DNA of 17,756 nucleotides, taken from assembly GCA_050178385.1 (NCBI GenBank), contig JBFXGD010000061.1:1-17756 (forward strand), read 5' to 3'. The notes under the pieces are model-generated. The model was not told the origin of the DNA. It was given only the letters and a program-made list of their open reading frames with translations, and searched no databases. Made by a program: the position numbers and the translations under genes. Of the stretch, positions 1 to 8,396 are shown one piece after another. The stretch's first letter is position 1. Every line of letters starts with the position of its first letter. The DNA is from Calditrichaceae bacterium. GTDB taxonomy: Bacteria > Calditrichota > Calditrichia > Calditrichales > JBFXGD01.

Positions 1-61
1 CGAGAAGATTTTCGTATTCATCTATCGTCAGAGACCGATCAAATTCATTAAGAAGATTCAC
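1..61 (-). CDS. 5' end of a truncated ORF (MNLLNEFDRSLTIDEYENLL...), product unknown
   Basis: GTG at 61-59 preceded by GGGGG (66-70 on minus); frame open to the window edge; AT-rich gap 62-150 upstream. Only 20 codons visible. Confidence 0.5.
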   Translation of the reverse strand, partial: MNLLNEFDRSLTIDEYENLL

Positions 62-150
62 AAAACCCCCGTTTATAATTCTGTATATTAGATTTAATAA
101 CAAATTGATTAAGTATGTATGATCAAATTATTCAAAAAAAGATACAATAA

Positions 151-1515
151 TTATGCGATCCAGATCGTTTTTATATTGACAAATTCTTTGATACCATAGT
201 GTGAAAGCTCCCTGCCAAATCCGGATTTTTTTATGCCCCCAAACGGCAGACGGGGATCAGATTTTGTCATTCCGTTTATAAATACCGAGCCCGATTCTAT
301 CCTTCTTGCGACGGATTCAGCTTTTTTCAGATCACGCGACCAGAGACTCGCGCCAAGACCCAATTCCGAATCATTCGCTACACTGATGGCCTCTTCGGCA
401 TTTTTAACCGGTATAATGGCCGAAACCGGCCCGAATGTCTCTTCTTCATACACCGGCATGCCTTTTTTCACATTGGTCAATACCGTCGGTTCATAAAATG
501 ATCCTTTTCCGGGGATTTTCTTCCCACCGGTAAGTAATAAAGCCCCTAATTTGACGGATTTCTGAACCTGTTCATCCAGTTCATCCAAAAGGTCGGGTCG
601 CGCTAACGGTCCCACATGAATTGCTTCAAGCATTGGATCACCCGTTTTCATAGATTTCATGATCGCGGTTTGCTGCTCTTCGAACTCTTTCACCCGCGAC
701 TCAACCACAATAAATCTTTTAGCCGCGATGCAGCTCTGCCCGGCGTTTATCATCCTGGCCTTAGCCGAAACAGCGACACACGCGGGAATATCCGCGTCAT
801 CGAGAACGATAAAGGGATCTGATCCACCCAGTTCAAGAACCGCTTTTTTGATTTCTTTCCCGGCCGCGGATGCCACCTGGCTACCCGCATATTCGCTGCC
901 GGTCAGTGTAACCGCTTTGATATGCCTGTTCTGAATCACCCTTTCCACCATACCGGACGGAATCATAAGGGTACGGAATATATTCTCCGGAAATCCGGCT
1001 TTTTGAAAGACCTCTTCAATTGCCAGCGCCGATCCCGGAACATTCGAAGCATGTTTCAGAACCGCCGCGTTTCCGGCCATCAATGCCGGAGCCGCGAACC
1101 GGAACACCTGCCAGAGGGGGAAATTCCATGGCATAACGGCCAGAACAACGCCAAGCGGCTCAAATGACACAAAACTTTTTGATGCATCGCTTTCGATCAT
1201 TTCATCTTTCAGAATGGATTCCGCATGTTCCGCGTAATAATCGCACACCCAGGCGCATTTCTCCACCTCAGCCCTGGATTCCCTGATGATTTTTCCCATC
1301 TCCAGGGTCATCATTCTCGCGTAATATTCCGTATTAGCCCGTAATTCCGCCGCTGCCCCGCGCATTAATCGTGAGCGTTCACTAAACGTCGTTTCTCTCC
1401 AGAAAGACCAGGCCGCGTTCACATCACTAATTATTCGATCCGCCTCTTCAGCAGAATGTCCGGGATATTCTTTTAGCAATTCTCCTGTTGCCGGATTGAT
1501 TGATTTCATGATCAT
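151..1515 (-). CDS. gabD: NAD(P)-dependent succinate-semialdehyde dehydrogenase-like aldehyde dehydrogenase (GabD1/Sad type)
   Basis: ALDH motifs: MPWNFP, LKHASNVP, TLTGSE, LELGGSDP (catalytic Glu), NAGQSCIAAKR (catalytic Cys), EETFGP, PFGGIKKSGFGRE; GGGAG RBS at 1521-1525. Substrate inferred from subfamily resemblance. Confidence 0.85.
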   Translation of the reverse strand: MIMKSINPATGELLKEYPGHSAEEADRIISDVNAAWSFWRETTFSERSRLMRGAAAELRANTEYYARMMTLEMGKIIRESRAEVEKCAWVCDYYAEHAESILKDEMIESDASKSFVSFEPLGVVLAVMPWNFPLWQVFRFAAPALMAGNAAVLKHASNVPGSALAIEEVFQKAGFPENIFRTLMIPSGMVERVIQNRHIKAVTLTGSEYAGSQVASAAGKEIKKAVLELGGSDPFIVLDDADIPACVAVSAKARMINAGQSCIAAKRFIVVESRVKEFEEQQTAIMKSMKTGDPMLEAIHVGPLARPDLLDELDEQVQKSVKLGALLLTGGKKIPGKGSFYEPTVLTNVKKGMPVYEEETFGPVSAIIPVKNAEEAISVANDSELGLGASLWSRDLKKAESVARRIESGSVFINGMTKSDPRLPFGGIKKSGFGRELSHYGIKEFVNIKTIWIA

Positions 1516-1557
1516 ATTGTCTCCCGCTTACTTCATCAGTGTCATGATAGAGCAAAC

Positions 1558-2451
1558 CTACTTATAAATTTTCTCAAAATCGTAATTTCGCTCTTTAACT
1601 TTTTCAACCAGGGCATATATCCACGGTCCCGTTTTAATCACAAATATTGCAAGAAGCGCGCCGGCTACCACATCGATAACATAATGATACCGGAGATAAA
1701 CTGTGGAAAATATCATACTGCTGCCGATAACCAATAAAACATAAAAATACTTACGCGCGTACTTATAAGCATAATACATGGTCAGCAAGGTCATAGCCGT
1801 ATGACCGCTCGGAAACGCATCGCGCTGAATATTTTCGAGTGAATCCAATACAAAGCGTATTGTATCTGCCGTCCAGATTCCCTCAAGCTGAAAAGTCTGC
1901 AAATGGTTGAGCGTGAAACGCGGACCGACAGCCGGAACCAAAAAGTATCCCAAATAGGAAAGATAAAAACCTAAAACCATGATAAAAAGAGAGTAATTAA
2001 ATTCTTCCAATTTTTTGTACCGGTACAGGAAATAAAACAGTACCAGGGGTAAAAAATAGAAGGTCGAATATACGAGCTGCAGATACTCCGTCAGCAGGGG
2101 CGTTGTAATTTTTTCCATCCAGATAGTAGGATTTACACCAAACAGATTATAATCGATTCGAATCAAAAGATTGTCAAAATCAGACGGATTGACGTTATGC
2201 ACCAGGTAATGCAGCTCACTGAAATTAATTGGTATCAGAATAACTGGATTACCAACCTTGAACCAATCCAGCCACTTTGTTTTTGGAATTCGGTGCATAT
2301 ATAACAAAATCAAAGAAATCGCGATATGATAAATGATGAAATAATTATTGTATGGTATGGCGTCATAATTGAAAGTAATAATAAACAGCATGATGATCTG
2401 ATATGAGACCGTCACAATTTCGGTGCTGCGAATTTTATTATTGACTAACAT
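1558..2451 (-). CDS. PAP2-superfamily polytopic membrane protein, Aur1/inositol-phosphorylceramide-synthase-like (PAP2_3 type)
   Basis: Several hydrophobic helices; PAVGPR, DAFPSGHT and STVYLRYHYVIDVVAG motifs. Start moved from 2484 to ATG 2451, which has GGAG upstream. Confidence 0.8.
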   Translation of the reverse strand: MLVNNKIRSTEIVTVSYQIIMLFIITFNYDAIPYNNYFIIYHIAISLILLYMHRIPKTKWLDWFKVGNPVILIPINFSELHYLVHNVNPSDFDNLLIRIDYNLFGVNPTIWMEKITTPLLTEYLQLVYSTFYFLPLVLFYFLYRYKKLEEFNYSLFIMVLGFYLSYLGYFLVPAVGPRFTLNHLQTFQLEGIWTADTIRFVLDSLENIQRDAFPSGHTAMTLLTMYYAYKYARKYFYVLLVIGSSMIFSTVYLRYHYVIDVVAGALLAIFVIKTGPWIYALVEKVKERNYDFEKIYK

Positions 2452-2509
2452 ACTACTCCGGTTTTTCGTTTTATTAAATTCCACTTAAAATCAGTATCGT
2501 TACGGCTTC

Positions 2510-4060
2510 CTATAACGGAATATTCCCGTGCTTTTTGGGCGGATTTGTATCCACTTTTGTTTCAAGCATCCTTAATGCCTGGATTATACGCAGACGAGTA
2601 TTGCGCGGTTCAATGACCTCATCAATATAGCCTCGTTCAGCGGCCAGATATGGATTGGCGAATTTCTCCCTATACTCTTTTTCCTTCTTCGCAAGCATCG
2701 CCTCGGGATCTTCACTGTTTTGTATTTCTTTTCTAAAAATGATTTCTGCGGCCCCCTTTGGCCCCATTACGGCAATTTCAGCGCTTGGCCAGGCATAGTT
2801 TATATCTCCGCGGATATGTTTTGAGCTCATAACATCATAAGCGCCGCCGTAAGCTTTTCGTGTAATGATCGTCACTTTGGGAACTGTCGCTTCCGAAAAA
2901 GCATACAATAATTTCGCTCCGTGTTTGATGATTCCTCCCCATTCCTGATTTGTTCCCGGCAGGAATCCGGGTACATCGACAAACGTCACTAAAGGAATAT
3001 TGAACGCGTCACAAAACCGGACAAATCTTGCCGCTTTTATTGATGAATCAATATTCAGCACCCCGGCAAGATGGGCGGGCTGATTGGCAACGATTCCTAC
3101 TGAGTAACCATCAAACCTGGCAAAGCCAACGACAATATTTGGCGCGTAATCGGGATGAATCTCAAAAAATGAATTAGCATCAACCACTCTTGTTATGATC
3201 TCTTTGATATCATAAGGCTGATTTGGATTCTCCGGGATAATTTCATCCAGTGATTCATCCACCCGGTCAGGTGAATCCTGCGATTCAATTTTTGGAGGAT
3301 CATCCATATTGTTTGACGGCATATAAGAAATCATTTCCCTGATTTTTTGAAGGCATTCCACATCGCTGTTACATGTTAAATGATTTACACCGCTCTTGGT
3401 ACCATGTGTTTCCGCGCCGCCGAGTTCTTCGGATGTGACTTCCTCATGAGTCACTGTTTTCACCACATTCGGTCCCGTAACAAACATATAGCTGGTGTTT
3501 TTTACCATCAGTGTGAAATCTGTAATCGCAGGTGAGTAAACCGCTCCGCCGGCACACGGCCCCATTACCGCCGAAATTTGCGGCACTACTCCGGATGCCA
3601 GAGTATTCCGCAAAAAGATCTCCGCGTATCCTCCAAGACTGACAACGCCTTCCTGAATCCGCGCTCCACCGGAGTCATTCAGCCCTATTATCGGCGCGCC
3701 CACCTTCATCGCCTGATCCATTATTTTAATGATTTTTTCGGCAAAAGTTTCAGAAAGACTGCCGCCAAACACCGTAAAATCCTGCGAGAACACAAATACA
3801 AGCCTTCCGTCGATATGACCATAGCCGGTAATCACGCCGTCACCAAGATATCTTTCTTTTTCCAGTCCGAAATCACGTGACCGATGACGGACAAACATAT
3901 CCATTTCCACAAATGAACCTTCATCAAGCAAAAAATCGATACGTTCCCTGGCCGTCAATTTCCCCTTTTCATGCTGTTGTTTAATGCGCTTTTCACCGCC
4001 TCCCAATTTGGCTTCTGAGCGAATTCCTTCAAGATGTTTAAATTGTTCTTTTCTATGCAT
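2510..4060 (-). CDS. pccB: Acyl-CoA carboxylase carboxyltransferase beta subunit (propionyl-CoA carboxylase beta / methylmalonyl-CoA decarboxylase alpha family)
   Basis: [58 protein letters not shown]-terminal [15 protein letters not shown]. Carboxylase versus decarboxylase cannot be resolved. Confidence 0.9.
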   Translation of the reverse strand: MHRKEQFKHLEGIRSEAKLGGGEKRIKQQHEKGKLTARERIDFLLDEGSFVEMDMFVRHRSRDFGLEKERYLGDGVITGYGHIDGRLVFVFSQDFTVFGGSLSETFAEKIIKIMDQAMKVGAPIIGLNDSGGARIQEGVVSLGGYAEIFLRNTLASGVVPQISAVMGPCAGGAVYSPAITDFTLMVKNTSYMFVTGPNVVKTVTHEEVTSEELGGAETHGTKSGVNHLTCNSDVECLQKIREMISYMPSNNMDDPPKIESQDSPDRVDESLDEIIPENPNQPYDIKEIITRVVDANSFFEIHPDYAPNIVVGFARFDGYSVGIVANQPAHLAGVLNIDSSIKAARFVRFCDAFNIPLVTFVDVPGFLPGTNQEWGGIIKHGAKLLYAFSEATVPKVTIITRKAYGGAYDVMSSKHIRGDINYAWPSAEIAVMGPKGAAEIIFRKEIQNSEDPEAMLAKKEKEYREKFANPYLAAERGYIDEVIEPRNTRLRIIQALRMLETKVDTNPPKKHGNIPL

Positions 4061-4084
4061 AAAAACTCCGGTTTTATGTATTCA

Positions 4085-4807
4085 TTACATATTATCAAGA
4101 AGGCCGTCTTCTTTGAAGCTGAAATAGCCCTTAGCGGTTATAATCAGATGGTCGTAGACCGGGATTTCGATAATTTTCCCGCTGCTGACCAGTCTTTTGG
4201 TAATGGAGATATCTTCCTGACTCGGTTTGAGCTGTCCCGATGGATGATTGTGGAGCAAGATAATACCTCTGGCCAGATAACGGATAGCAGGATTAAACAC
4301 CTCTCTCGGATGAACCAGTGAAGCATCCAGAATGCCTTTTGTAACTTCAAAATCCTGAATGCGTTTCATAGCCGAATCAAGAAGAATCACATAAAATCGT
4401 TCTTCCTTCCGGTATCCGAGCAGCGGGATATAAATTTTCGCAACCTGAGCGGGATTCTGAAAGCTGACAATCTCATTTTCAGCCTTCTCTTTTTCAAGAT
4501 TACGGTATAACTGAAACGCGGCAATCAGAGTGACCGCCTTCACCGGTCCGATACCGGGCATCTTTTGCAGTTCAACCAATGAGGCATTAGCCAGACCTTC
4601 CAAAGAGTGGAATTCACGGAGCAGCCGTTTCGCTGTTTCAACGGCGTTAAATTTTGATGAGCCGTGTCCCAGAATGATAGCGATCAGCTCCGCGGACGAT
4701 ATTGAATCCGGCCCGTTCTTAATGAGTTTTTCCCTGGGCCGTTCATCGATAGGCCAGTCGGTGATTCTCGATTTAAATTTTTCCGGTTCATGAATTTTGT
4801 CAGCCAC
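4085..4807 (-). CDS. radC: RadC family protein (N-terminal HhH + JAB/MPN domain)
   Basis: WPIDERPREKL, ELIAIILG, GIGPVKA (HhH), VHPREVF, HNHPSG-x3-PSQED, DHLII; GTG start. Confidence 0.92.
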   Translation of the reverse strand: MADKIHEPEKFKSRITDWPIDERPREKLIKNGPDSISSAELIAIILGHGSSKFNAVETAKRLLREFHSLEGLANASLVELQKMPGIGPVKAVTLIAAFQLYRNLEKEKAENEIVSFQNPAQVAKIYIPLLGYRKEERFYVILLDSAMKRIQDFEVTKGILDASLVHPREVFNPAIRYLARGIILLHNHPSGQLKPSQEDISITKRLVSSGKIIEIPVYDHLIITAKGYFSFKEDGLLDNM

Positions 4808-4926
4808 TTTTACCTGCCGTTGTTGAATTAATTGTGTTATTCTTTATGAGTATTGAGATAAATCCTCATATATTCCTTAATGAGATTCCGGTTCCGGAAA
4901 ATCAAATTTTCAACAACAATATCGCA

Positions 4927-5331
4927 TCACGATTTGTTTTTGGCATACCAGTCTCTGATATAGGCAATCGCCTCCTGCGTATTGGTACCCGGCCCAAACA
5001 ACCGTCCTGTACCCATTTCCATGAGCCGATTTATTTCATCATCGCTAATTATTCCCCCACCGGTTAAAAGCATGTCTTCCATTTTGTTTTCTTTCATCAG
5101 CCGCAGCACTTTAGGAAAAACAGTCATATGAGCTCCTGAAAGAATACTGATGGCAATCACATCGACATCTTCCTGGAGACCGGCTTCAACAATCATCTCC
5201 GGTGTCTGACGCAGCCCGGTATAAATCACTTCAAAACCGGCATCCCTGAAAGCTGCCGCAACCACTTTCGCGCCCCGGTCATGGCCGTCCAGTCCCGGTT
5301 TTGCCACCAACACTCGAATCTTTTTTTCCAT
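4927..5331 (-). CDS. Cobalamin-binding small subunit of an acyl-CoA mutase (IcmB-like / MCM C-terminal domain)
   Basis: [11 protein letters not shown] (DxHxxG), SILSGAH, TGGGII, FGPGT. Start moved to ATG 5331 (MEKKIRV), preceded by GGAGA. Confidence 0.92.
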   Translation of the reverse strand: MEKKIRVLVAKPGLDGHDRGAKVVAAAFRDAGFEVIYTGLRQTPEMIVEAGLQEDVDVIAISILSGAHMTVFPKVLRLMKENKMEDMLLTGGGIISDDEINRLMEMGTGRLFGPGTNTQEAIAYIRDWYAKNKS

Positions 5332-5452
5332 TACAACATCTCCAAAGCTTGTTCCGTTAAATTTATCGGACCCTGTCATTCACTTAAATTTACAGCAAAG
5401 CCCATTTCCTGGCTTTTTCACCCCAACCTACACTCTTAACAATTCTTACTTC

Positions 5453-5476
5453 AGACGCAGAATGCCGCGTCTCTAC
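5453..5476 (-). repeat. GTAG-type REP hairpin 1 (minus: GTAG-AGACGCGG-CATT-CTGCGTCT)
   Basis: GTAG tetranucleotide directly 5' of an 8-bp stem with one G.T pair; near-identical copy at 5565-5588. Confidence 0.8.
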
Positions 5477-5478
5477 TC

Positions 5479-5506
5479 TTTTTTCTTTTTTCTTTTATCT
5501 TTTTTC
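5479..5506. repeat. Period-7 tract (TTTTWTC)x4
   Basis: TTTTTTC TTTTTTC TTTTATC TTTTTTC, then TTAA. Confidence 0.8.
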
Positions 5507-5512
5507 TTAAAA

Positions 5513-5561
5513 TTCTCACTTCCTACTTCTTACTTCTCACTTCCTACTTCTCACTTCCTAC
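5513..5561. repeat. Period-7 tract (TTCYYAC)x7
   Basis: TTCTCAC TTCCTAC TTCTTAC TTCTCAC TTCCTAC TTCTCAC TTCCTAC read directly. Confidence 0.92.
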
Positions 5562-5564
5562 TTC

Positions 5565-5588
5565 AGACGCCGCATGCTGCGTCTCTAC
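5565..5588 (-). repeat. GTAG-type REP hairpin 2 (minus: GTAG-AGACGCAGCATGCGGCGTCT)
   Basis: GTAG plus AGACGC/GCGTCT stem; direct repeat of 5453-5476, 112 bp away. Confidence 0.8.
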
Positions 5589-5590
5589 TC

Positions 5591-5618
5591 TTTTTTCTTT
5601 TATCTTTTATCTTTTATC
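5591..5618. repeat. Period-7 tract (TTTTWTC)x4
   Basis: TTTTTTC TTTTATC TTTTATC TTTTATC, then TTAAC TTCCTAC TTCT abutting the mutase stop codon. Confidence 0.8.
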
Positions 5619-5634
5619 TTAACTTCCTACTTCT

Positions 5635-7281
5635 CTAGCTCCCGATATCCACCGTCTCCTCGTATTCTCCGAAAACTTCTTTCAGAGTGTTTATTATCTC
5701 GCCTACCGTGGCATACGCCTTCGAACAATCAATGAGAACCGGCATTAAATTTGTGTTGCCCTCCGCGGCTTTCCTGAGATCCGCCAGACAGGATGTAACA
5801 AGATTATTATCTCTTTCCGCCCTCAATTTTTTAAGATTCGCTATCTGACGGGTCTCCACTTCAGGTGAAATTTGCAGTAGTGGGATCTCTATTTTCTCAC
5901 CTTCTTCCTTGAACTCATTCACTCCCACGATGATGCGATCATTATTCTCAAACTCTCTTTGATACTGATAGGCGGCTCGGGCGATTTCTTTCTGGAAGAA
6001 TCCTGTCTCGATAGCAGGAATCACACCACCGTACTCTTCAATCTTATCAAAATACTCTTCCGCGGCGGCTTCCATTTTATTGGTCAGATCTTCAATAAAA
6101 TAGCTTCCGGCTAGAGGATCGACTGTGTTGGCCGCACCGCTTTCATAAGCAATGATCTGCTGGGTGCGCAAGGCGATTTTAACCGCTTTTTCGCTCGGGA
6201 GCGCCAGAGTTTCATCCATCGAGTTTGTATGTAAGGACTGAGTGCCTCCAAGTACACCCGCAAGAGCCTGGATGGCGACACGCACAATGTTATTTTCCGG
6301 CTGCTGAGCCGTCAGAGAACAGCCGGCTGTCTGAGTATGGAACCGCAATTTCCAGGAGCGCTCATCCTTTGCGCCGTATTTATCGCGCATACGTTTAGCA
6401 TAAATTCTGCGGGCTGCTCTGAATTTGGCGATTTCCTCAAAAAAATCATTATGGGAATTAAAAAAGAATGACAGTCTTGGAGCGAATGAATCGACATCAA
6501 GACCACGCTCTATCGCCGCTTCCACATACGCGAATCCGTCCGCCAGTGTGAATGCCAGCTCCTGAGCCGCCGTCGATCCGGCTTCCCTGATATGGTATCC
6601 GCTTATACTGATCGTGTTCCACTGCGACATCTCTTGTGTACAATATTCAATCATATCCACGATTATCCGCATGGATGGTTCGGGCGGGAAGATGTATTCC
6701 TTCTGCGCGATATATTCCTTTAGGATATCATTTTGGATTGTCCCGCGAATTTTATCCGGTGATACCCCCTGTTTTTCCGCCACAGCGATATAGTAAGCAA
6801 GCAAAATCATCGCCGGGGAATTTATGGTCATTGATGTGGAGACCTCGTCTATTGGAATGCCGTCAAACAAGGTCTCCATATCCTTTAGGGAACTGATCGA
6901 GACTCCGCAGATACCGACTTCGCCTTCACTCAGGGGATCATCCGCGTCTCTGCCCATCAGCGTTGGAAGATCGAATGCGGTCGAAAGCCCCGTCTGACCA
7001 TTTTTCAGAAGATATTTGAATCTCCTGTTTGTGTCTTCCGGTTTTCCGAATCCCGCGAACTGACGCATGGTCCATAACCGACCGCGGTACATATTCGGGT
7101 GCACGCCTCTGGTATAGGGAAAATCACCGGGCATAGCCAAATCACGGTCATAATCGGTATTTTCGATCATTTCAGGAATTCCGAGCAGTTCGACCGGTTC
7201 ACTGGAGGTCGTAATGAATTTAGCATCCCGTGTTTTTAATTGATTCACACGTTCAAGCCATTTTTTTCTATCATCCTTCAT
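5635..7281 (-). CDS. B12-dependent acyl-CoA mutase large (substrate-binding) subunit, isobutyryl-CoA mutase (IcmA)-like
   Basis: [62 protein letters not shown]; no B12 domain in this chain. F and Q at the specificity positions. Start moved to ATG 7281 (GGGGAG RBS). Confidence 0.9.
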   Translation of the reverse strand: MKDDRKKWLERVNQLKTRDAKFITTSSEPVELLGIPEMIENTDYDRDLAMPGDFPYTRGVHPNMYRGRLWTMRQFAGFGKPEDTNRRFKYLLKNGQTGLSTAFDLPTLMGRDADDPLSEGEVGICGVSISSLKDMETLFDGIPIDEVSTSMTINSPAMILLAYYIAVAEKQGVSPDKIRGTIQNDILKEYIAQKEYIFPPEPSMRIIVDMIEYCTQEMSQWNTISISGYHIREAGSTAAQELAFTLADGFAYVEAAIERGLDVDSFAPRLSFFFNSHNDFFEEIAKFRAARRIYAKRMRDKYGAKDERSWKLRFHTQTAGCSLTAQQPENNIVRVAIQALAGVLGGTQSLHTNSMDETLALPSEKAVKIALRTQQIIAYESGAANTVDPLAGSYFIEDLTNKMEAAAEEYFDKIEEYGGVIPAIETGFFQKEIARAAYQYQREFENNDRIIVGVNEFKEEGEKIEIPLLQISPEVETRQIANLKKLRAERDNNLVTSCLADLRKAAEGNTNLMPVLIDCSKAYATVGEIINTLKEVFGEYEETVDIGS

Positions 7282-7337
7282 CGATTTTCTCCCCTTAAAT
7301 CTATCATTTATGCTTATTTTCAAACCGGTATACCGAA

Positions 7338-8300
7338 TCAGATGGCACCATTCTCAATCAGCTTCCTGGCGATGGCATAAGGTGATGTCTGCTCACCGGA
7401 TTCGTTTAAATAATCCTTTAGTTCTTTAGTTCGGTTATCTGTCCAGAACTGCCTGTTTATATGGTCATTAACGAGATGTTTAACCCTTTCAACGGAGCGC
7501 CGGTTTCTTATTTTTTTCAACCTGTCTTTCCCGGATAAATATTCTTTATGCTTCATGATATTCGTGTACATGTCTTCCAGACCAGTCCCCTTGCGCGCCT
7601 GAGTCAGAATCACCGGGGGATACCAGTCATCGCGCGCCTGCCGGAGATGAAGCACAAATTCAAGGTCCGATTTCATTCTGTCGGCACCGGACAGATCAGC
7701 CTTGTTCACAATAAACAGGTCTCCTATCTCCATCAAACCCGCTTTCATTCCCTGAATAGCGTCACCGGCATCCGGGACGGTCAAAACAATGGTTGTGTCC
7801 GCAGCTGACATGATGTCCAGTTCTACCTGTCCCACGCCAACGGTCTCGTATATAATTACATCCTTACCCGCCGCATCCAAAACATCTGCCGCTTCGGTCG
7901 CCTGACGGGCCAAACCGCCCATATTTCCCCTGGAAGCCATACTGCGGATAAAAACGCCCGGATCCATAAATAATTCCTGCATCCTGACACGATCACCGAG
8001 GATCGCCCCTCCCGTAAACGGGCTGCTGGGATCGACCGCGACAATCCCGACGGTTAATTTATTTGCTCTGAATAATTTTGTGAGTTTATTGGTAAGGGTA
8101 CTTTTTCCGGCCCCCGGAGGCCCGGTAATTCCAATTCGATGGGCTTTACCCTGGTGTGGGTATAAGAGATCCAAAAGGCTAATATAGTCGTCGGATTCAT
8201 TCTCAATCATTGTAATCGCTCTTGCCAGAGCTCTTTTTTCGCCATGCAATATATTATCAGCTAAGATTTTGATTTGGGAAGTCTTTTGCAGAAACACCAA
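7338..8300 (-). CDS. meaB: Acyl-CoA mutase-associated GTPase chaperone MeaB/ArgK
   Basis: [22 protein letters not shown] (P-loop), [40 protein letters not shown]. Exact start (TTG 8300 or GTG 8297) uncertain. Confidence 0.92.
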   Translation of the reverse strand: MVFLQKTSQIKILADNILHGEKRALARAITMIENESDDYISLLDLLYPHQGKAHRIGITGPPGAGKSTLTNKLTKLFRANKLTVGIVAVDPSSPFTGGAILGDRVRMQELFMDPGVFIRSMASRGNMGGLARQATEAADVLDAAGKDVIIYETVGVGQVELDIMSAADTTIVLTVPDAGDAIQGMKAGLMEIGDLFIVNKADLSGADRMKSDLEFVLHLRQARDDWYPPVILTQARKGTGLEDMYTNIMKHKEYLSGKDRLKKIRNRRSVERVKHLVNDHINRQFWTDNRTKELKDYLNESGEQTSPYAIARKLIENGAI

Positions 8301-8396
8301 ATTGAGCCTTTCATATAATTACCTGATAATCAGGACATATGGCCGGATTATCATTTATATTAATATTAAAAATATGTCATTACAATTTTTTTCTGA

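Noticed and set aside
5332..5452. Cobalamin riboswitch near the B12 mutase genes
   Set aside because: No B12-box or GGGAA/GCCACTG-type core seen here or in the AT-rich 8301-8396 gap.
5453..5506. Rho-independent terminator (hairpin + T-run)
   Set aside because: The T-run is on the plus strand, opposite to the flanking minus-strand genes, is separated from the stem by CTACTC and belongs to a 7-mer tract. It could at most stop antisense transcripts.
5443..5634. CRISPR array or mini-array
   Set aside because: Only two hairpin copies, separated by low-complexity 7-mers rather than unique spacers; no cas genes.
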